IMG/VR virus record: IMGVR_UViG_3300022909_002219
Location: 1 to 37,391 of that record
From: a virus
Lineage: Duplodnaviria; Caudoviricetes
DNA: 37,391 nucleotides
Strand: one strand, 5' to 3'
In this document: positions 34,978-37,391 of the stretch, one piece after another
Layout: every line of letters begins with the position of its first letter
Numbering within the stretch: position 1 is the stretch's first letter
The notes under the pieces: generated by a model
What the model was told of the DNA's origin: nothing
What the model saw: only the letters and a program-made list of their open reading frames with translations
Databases searched by the model: none
Position numbers and translations under genes: made by a program

Positions 34978-35005
34978 GCCGCCTCAGAAATGGGGCGGCT
35001 TTTTT
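34978..35005 (+). terminator. Rho-independent terminator
   Basis: GCCGCCTCA-GAAA-TGGGGCGGC stem-loop followed by TTTTTT. Confidence 0.9.
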
Positions 35006-35073
35006 GTGTATATATTTAATTGAAAAATATCTTTCTTGAGGGTAATATTTCTTATTCTATTGGTATATAAAGC

Positions 35074-36372
35074 ATGAAAAGCAATTTAAAAAAATTAAAC
35101 GAATTAGGCAGAAGAGAATTTATCGCAAATGCCGCTAAAACATGTTTTGGGGTTGGATTGATGCCTATGGTTGGGTCGTACATTCACAACACTGTTGAGG
35201 CTTTGAATCCAGGCTCAAGAATAGCATCTGCAAGACATGTAATATATCTAAACATGTCAGGAGCAATGTCGCACATAGATACCTTCGCTCCAAGACCAGA
35301 TGTGCCAAAAATTCAAGGCAACTTAAAATCAATTTCTACAAGCGCAGATGGAATCATTCTTTCAGAAAACCTTCCCAAGACAGCACAAGTAATGCATAAC
35401 GCCTCGATAATTAAAACAATGAACACTAGTCAAGGCGCGCACATGCAAGCAAGCTACCTGATGCAAACAAGCTATCTCAAAAGAGGTACTATAGTGCATC
35501 CAACTTTCGGAAGCTGGGTTTCAAAACTTTCGGGCTCAATAAACAACACAATTCCAATGAATGTAAAAATTGGAGGAGGTGGAGGAGGATCTGGATTTCT
35601 TGAAGCAAAATATGGTGCGCTTCCAATAAGCAATCCAAAAAATGGACTGGCAAACAGCAAGCTTGCTTCCTATGTTGATCAAGAACACTTCGGCGGAAGA
35701 ATGTCATTAGTAAATAAACTAAATTCAAGCTTTTCAAAATCATATCCTCATAAAAAAGTAAGAGCATATAGCGACTTGTATAAAGATGCAATTAAATTAA
35801 TGAACAGTCAAGATTTAAATGCATTTGATATCAGCCAAGAGCCAGAATCAATGAATGAATTATATGGATCTACAAATTTTGGACAAGGCTGTCTGCTAGC
35901 AAGAAGACTGATTGAAAATAAAGTCAGATATGTCGAAGTCTCGAGAGGAGGGTGGGACACTCATGATAACAATTTTGAAAGAGTTGCAGACAATTGTGCG
36001 GACATAGATCATGCGTTAAGCGGCCTGTTGATAGATCTTGAGCAGAGAGGTTTGCTTGGTGAAACATTGGTTGTATTAACTTCTGAATTTGGAAGAACTC
36101 CAAACATCAACGGCAGAAACGGAAGAGATCACTGGCCTTATTGCTTTAGCGCTTTTCTCGCAGGAGGAGGAATTAAAGGAGGATTCTCATTTGGAGAAGT
36201 GGATGATCAAGGCAGAAATCCTGTGGAAGGCAAAGCGGTTAAGCCTGAAGACTTAAATGCAACTATAGCATATGTTCTTGGTCTTGCTATCAATGATATA
36301 CAATATTCTCCTTCTGGAAGACCTTTTACAGTTGCGCATAAAGGCGAACCTGTTTTTGATGTCATTGCATAA
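35074..36372 (+). CDS. DUF1501 family protein with Tat signal
   Basis: GRREFI twin-arginine motif; ARHVIYLNMSGAMSHIDTF, FGQGCLLARRLIE.KVRYVEV, GWDTH, SEFGRTP, GRDHW, LAGGGIKGG. Confidence 0.9.
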   Translation: MKSNLKKLNELGRREFIANAAKTCFGVGLMPMVGSYIHNTVEALNPGSRIASARHVIYLNMSGAMSHIDTFAPRPDVPKIQGNLKSISTSADGIILSENLPKTAQVMHNASIIKTMNTSQGAHMQASYLMQTSYLKRGTIVHPTFGSWVSKLSGSINNTIPMNVKIGGGGGGSGFLEAKYGALPISNPKNGLANSKLASYVDQEHFGGRMSLVNKLNSSFSKSYPHKKVRAYSDLYKDAIKLMNSQDLNAFDISQEPESMNELYGSTNFGQGCLLARRLIENKVRYVEVSRGGWDTHDNNFERVADNCADIDHALSGLLIDLEQRGLLGETLVVLTSEFGRTPNINGRNGRDHWPYCFSAFLAGGGIKGGFSFGEVDDQGRNPVEGKAVKPEDLNATIAYVLGLAINDIQYSPSGRPFTVAHKGEPVFDVIA

Positions 36373-36398
36373 AAAAGCCTCCCGAAGGAGGCCTTTTT
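36371..36398. terminator. Bidirectional Rho-independent terminator
   Basis: AAAAAA-GCCTCC-CGAA-GGAGGC-CTTTTT between convergent genes. Confidence 0.9.
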
Positions 36399-36415
36399 AG
36401 ATATCTAATAATAAT

Positions 36416-37391
36416 TTAAAAATCATCTTCGAGCGAACCGCTTTGTTGATATTCTCGAACCCTTCTTTCAAAGAAATTGCCCATAGCCTGAACATCAACC
36501 ACCTCACTCAGCCAAGGGAATGGATTCTTGTCGCTTGGAAAACGATAATCTAAACCTATTCCTTCTAATCTGCGATTTCCGATATAATGCATATATTCAA
36601 CAAACATGTCTGCATTTAATCCGAGTATACCCGTAGGAAGAACATCATGAGCGTAAGCAATTTCTAGCTCAACCGCTTTTTTCATATGCTCAACAAATTC
36701 TTCTTGAATTTCTTTAGTCCAGATCTCTGGATTTTGCTCGATTAAAGTATTAATAAGATATGTACCAAATGCAATGTGCGAGCTTTCATCTCTAAGCGTG
36801 TATTTAATTTGATCAGAGATACCTTGAAGCTTGTTTTGACGACCCAATGCAAGTAGCATAGCAAACCCACTAAAGAAGAAGGTTCCCTCGCAAACTATCC
36901 AATAAGTAAGAAAGTTTCTTAACAATTCTTGCTTGCCTTCTATAGTTTCGGTAGAAAAATCTTGACGACTAATATCGTTAGTTATTTCCATCAAGAAATC
37001 ATCTTTAGCTTTAATACTTGGAATAGTCTCGTATGCAGCGAATACTTCCTCGATATCCAAATCAAGGCTATCGCACACATAAACTACCGTAAGGTTGTGA
37101 AGACTTTCTTCAAACGCTTGACGAAGGATGTATTGCCGGCACTCAGCATCCGTAATATATCTAAAGGCACTAAGCAAAAGATTATTACCAACCAGAGACT
37201 CAGATCCAGCAAAAAACCCAAGGCAGCGCTTAACAAGTAATTTCTCATCTTCTGTAATTTCATTATTCTTCCATTGTTTAATATCATTTTGCATACTTAT
37301 TTCAGTAGGCATCCAATTATTGGCACAACTTTTTAAAAATAAATCCCAAGCGTATTTATGTTTGTGAGGTAAAATTCGATTTACTCCAGCT
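36416..37391 (-). CDS. nrdB: Ribonucleotide reductase beta subunit, class Ic-like (start lies beyond right edge)
   Basis: Frame stays open upstream of 37312 (AGVNRILPHKHKYAWDLFLKSCANNWMP); ligand motifs SESLV, EESLH, EGTFF, RDESSH; C-terminal NFFERRVREYQ. Confidence 0.92.
   Translation of the reverse strand, partial: AGVNRILPHKHKYAWDLFLKSCANNWMPTEISMQNDIKQWKNNEITEDEKLLVKRCLGFFAGSESLVGNNLLLSAFRYITDAECRQYILRQAFEESLHNLTVVYVCDSLDLDIEEVFAAYETIPSIKAKDDFLMEITNDISRQDFSTETIEGKQELLRNFLTYWIVCEGTFFFSGFAMLLALGRQNKLQGISDQIKYTLRDESSHIAFGTYLINTLIEQNPEIWTKEIQEEFVEHMKKAVELEIAYAHDVLPTGILGLNADMFVEYMHYIGNRRLEGIGLDYRFPSDKNPFPWLSEVVDVQAMGNFFERRVREYQQSGSLEDDF

Noticed and set aside
35020-35070. 16-codon TTG mini-ORF before DUF1501
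   Set aside because: Its spacing after GTGTA is suggestive, but the same bases also read as a TTGAAA-N17-TAATAT promoter; cannot be supported as coding.
35572-35589. GGA microsatellite as a contingency locus
   Set aside because: Short, interrupted and in-frame; simply a Gly6 loop.
37310-37312. ORF-track start of nrdB at 37312
   Set aside because: The frame is open and conserved-looking upstream to the window edge, so this Met is internal.
1-37391. Eukaryotic giant virus or bacterial chromosome origin
   Set aside because: Portal-like gene, DnaB/DnaG/RecA, bacterial promoters and terminators, plus fibre genes and no housekeeping operons, fit a tailed phage.

Overview
This window is a 37-kb fragment of a large, AT-rich tailed-phage genome read in the standard code; the host is probably a PVC-superphylum bacterium (inference). 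Left arm (minus strand, 20644->1): a portal-like gene, a small structural gene, a coupled operon of four glycosyltransferase-type genes (two DUF2827-like, two multi-domain polyproteins) and four tail-fibre/receptor-binding genes. Right arm (plus strand): a membrane coiled-coil protein, RecA/UvsX, an endonuclease, DnaB, DnaG, a Cas4/RecB-like nuclease, Nudix, GT2, gmd, fcl, a basic phage protein, HNH, Hsp20, a beta-barrel outer-membrane protein and a Tat-signal DUF1501 protein. A convergent class Ic-type nrdB runs off the right edge. Main observations: (1) 13 nucleotide-homogenised, codon-aligned 29-bp repeats divide two adjacent fibre genes into unique modules, and both genes end in the same 341-bp chaperone block, suggesting a fibre module-shuffling system; (2) a probable late-expressed virion-glycosylation system, including a GT47-like domain split across two genes by a GT2 domain; (3) a recurring GTGTA-N9-13-ATG motif, leaderless sigma70-type promoters and a consensus sigma54 promoter before hsp20; (4) an inverted AAAGT array at the strand switch; (5) a radical-tyrosine-less RNR beta subunit. 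All family calls come from motif recognition by eye, not database searches.
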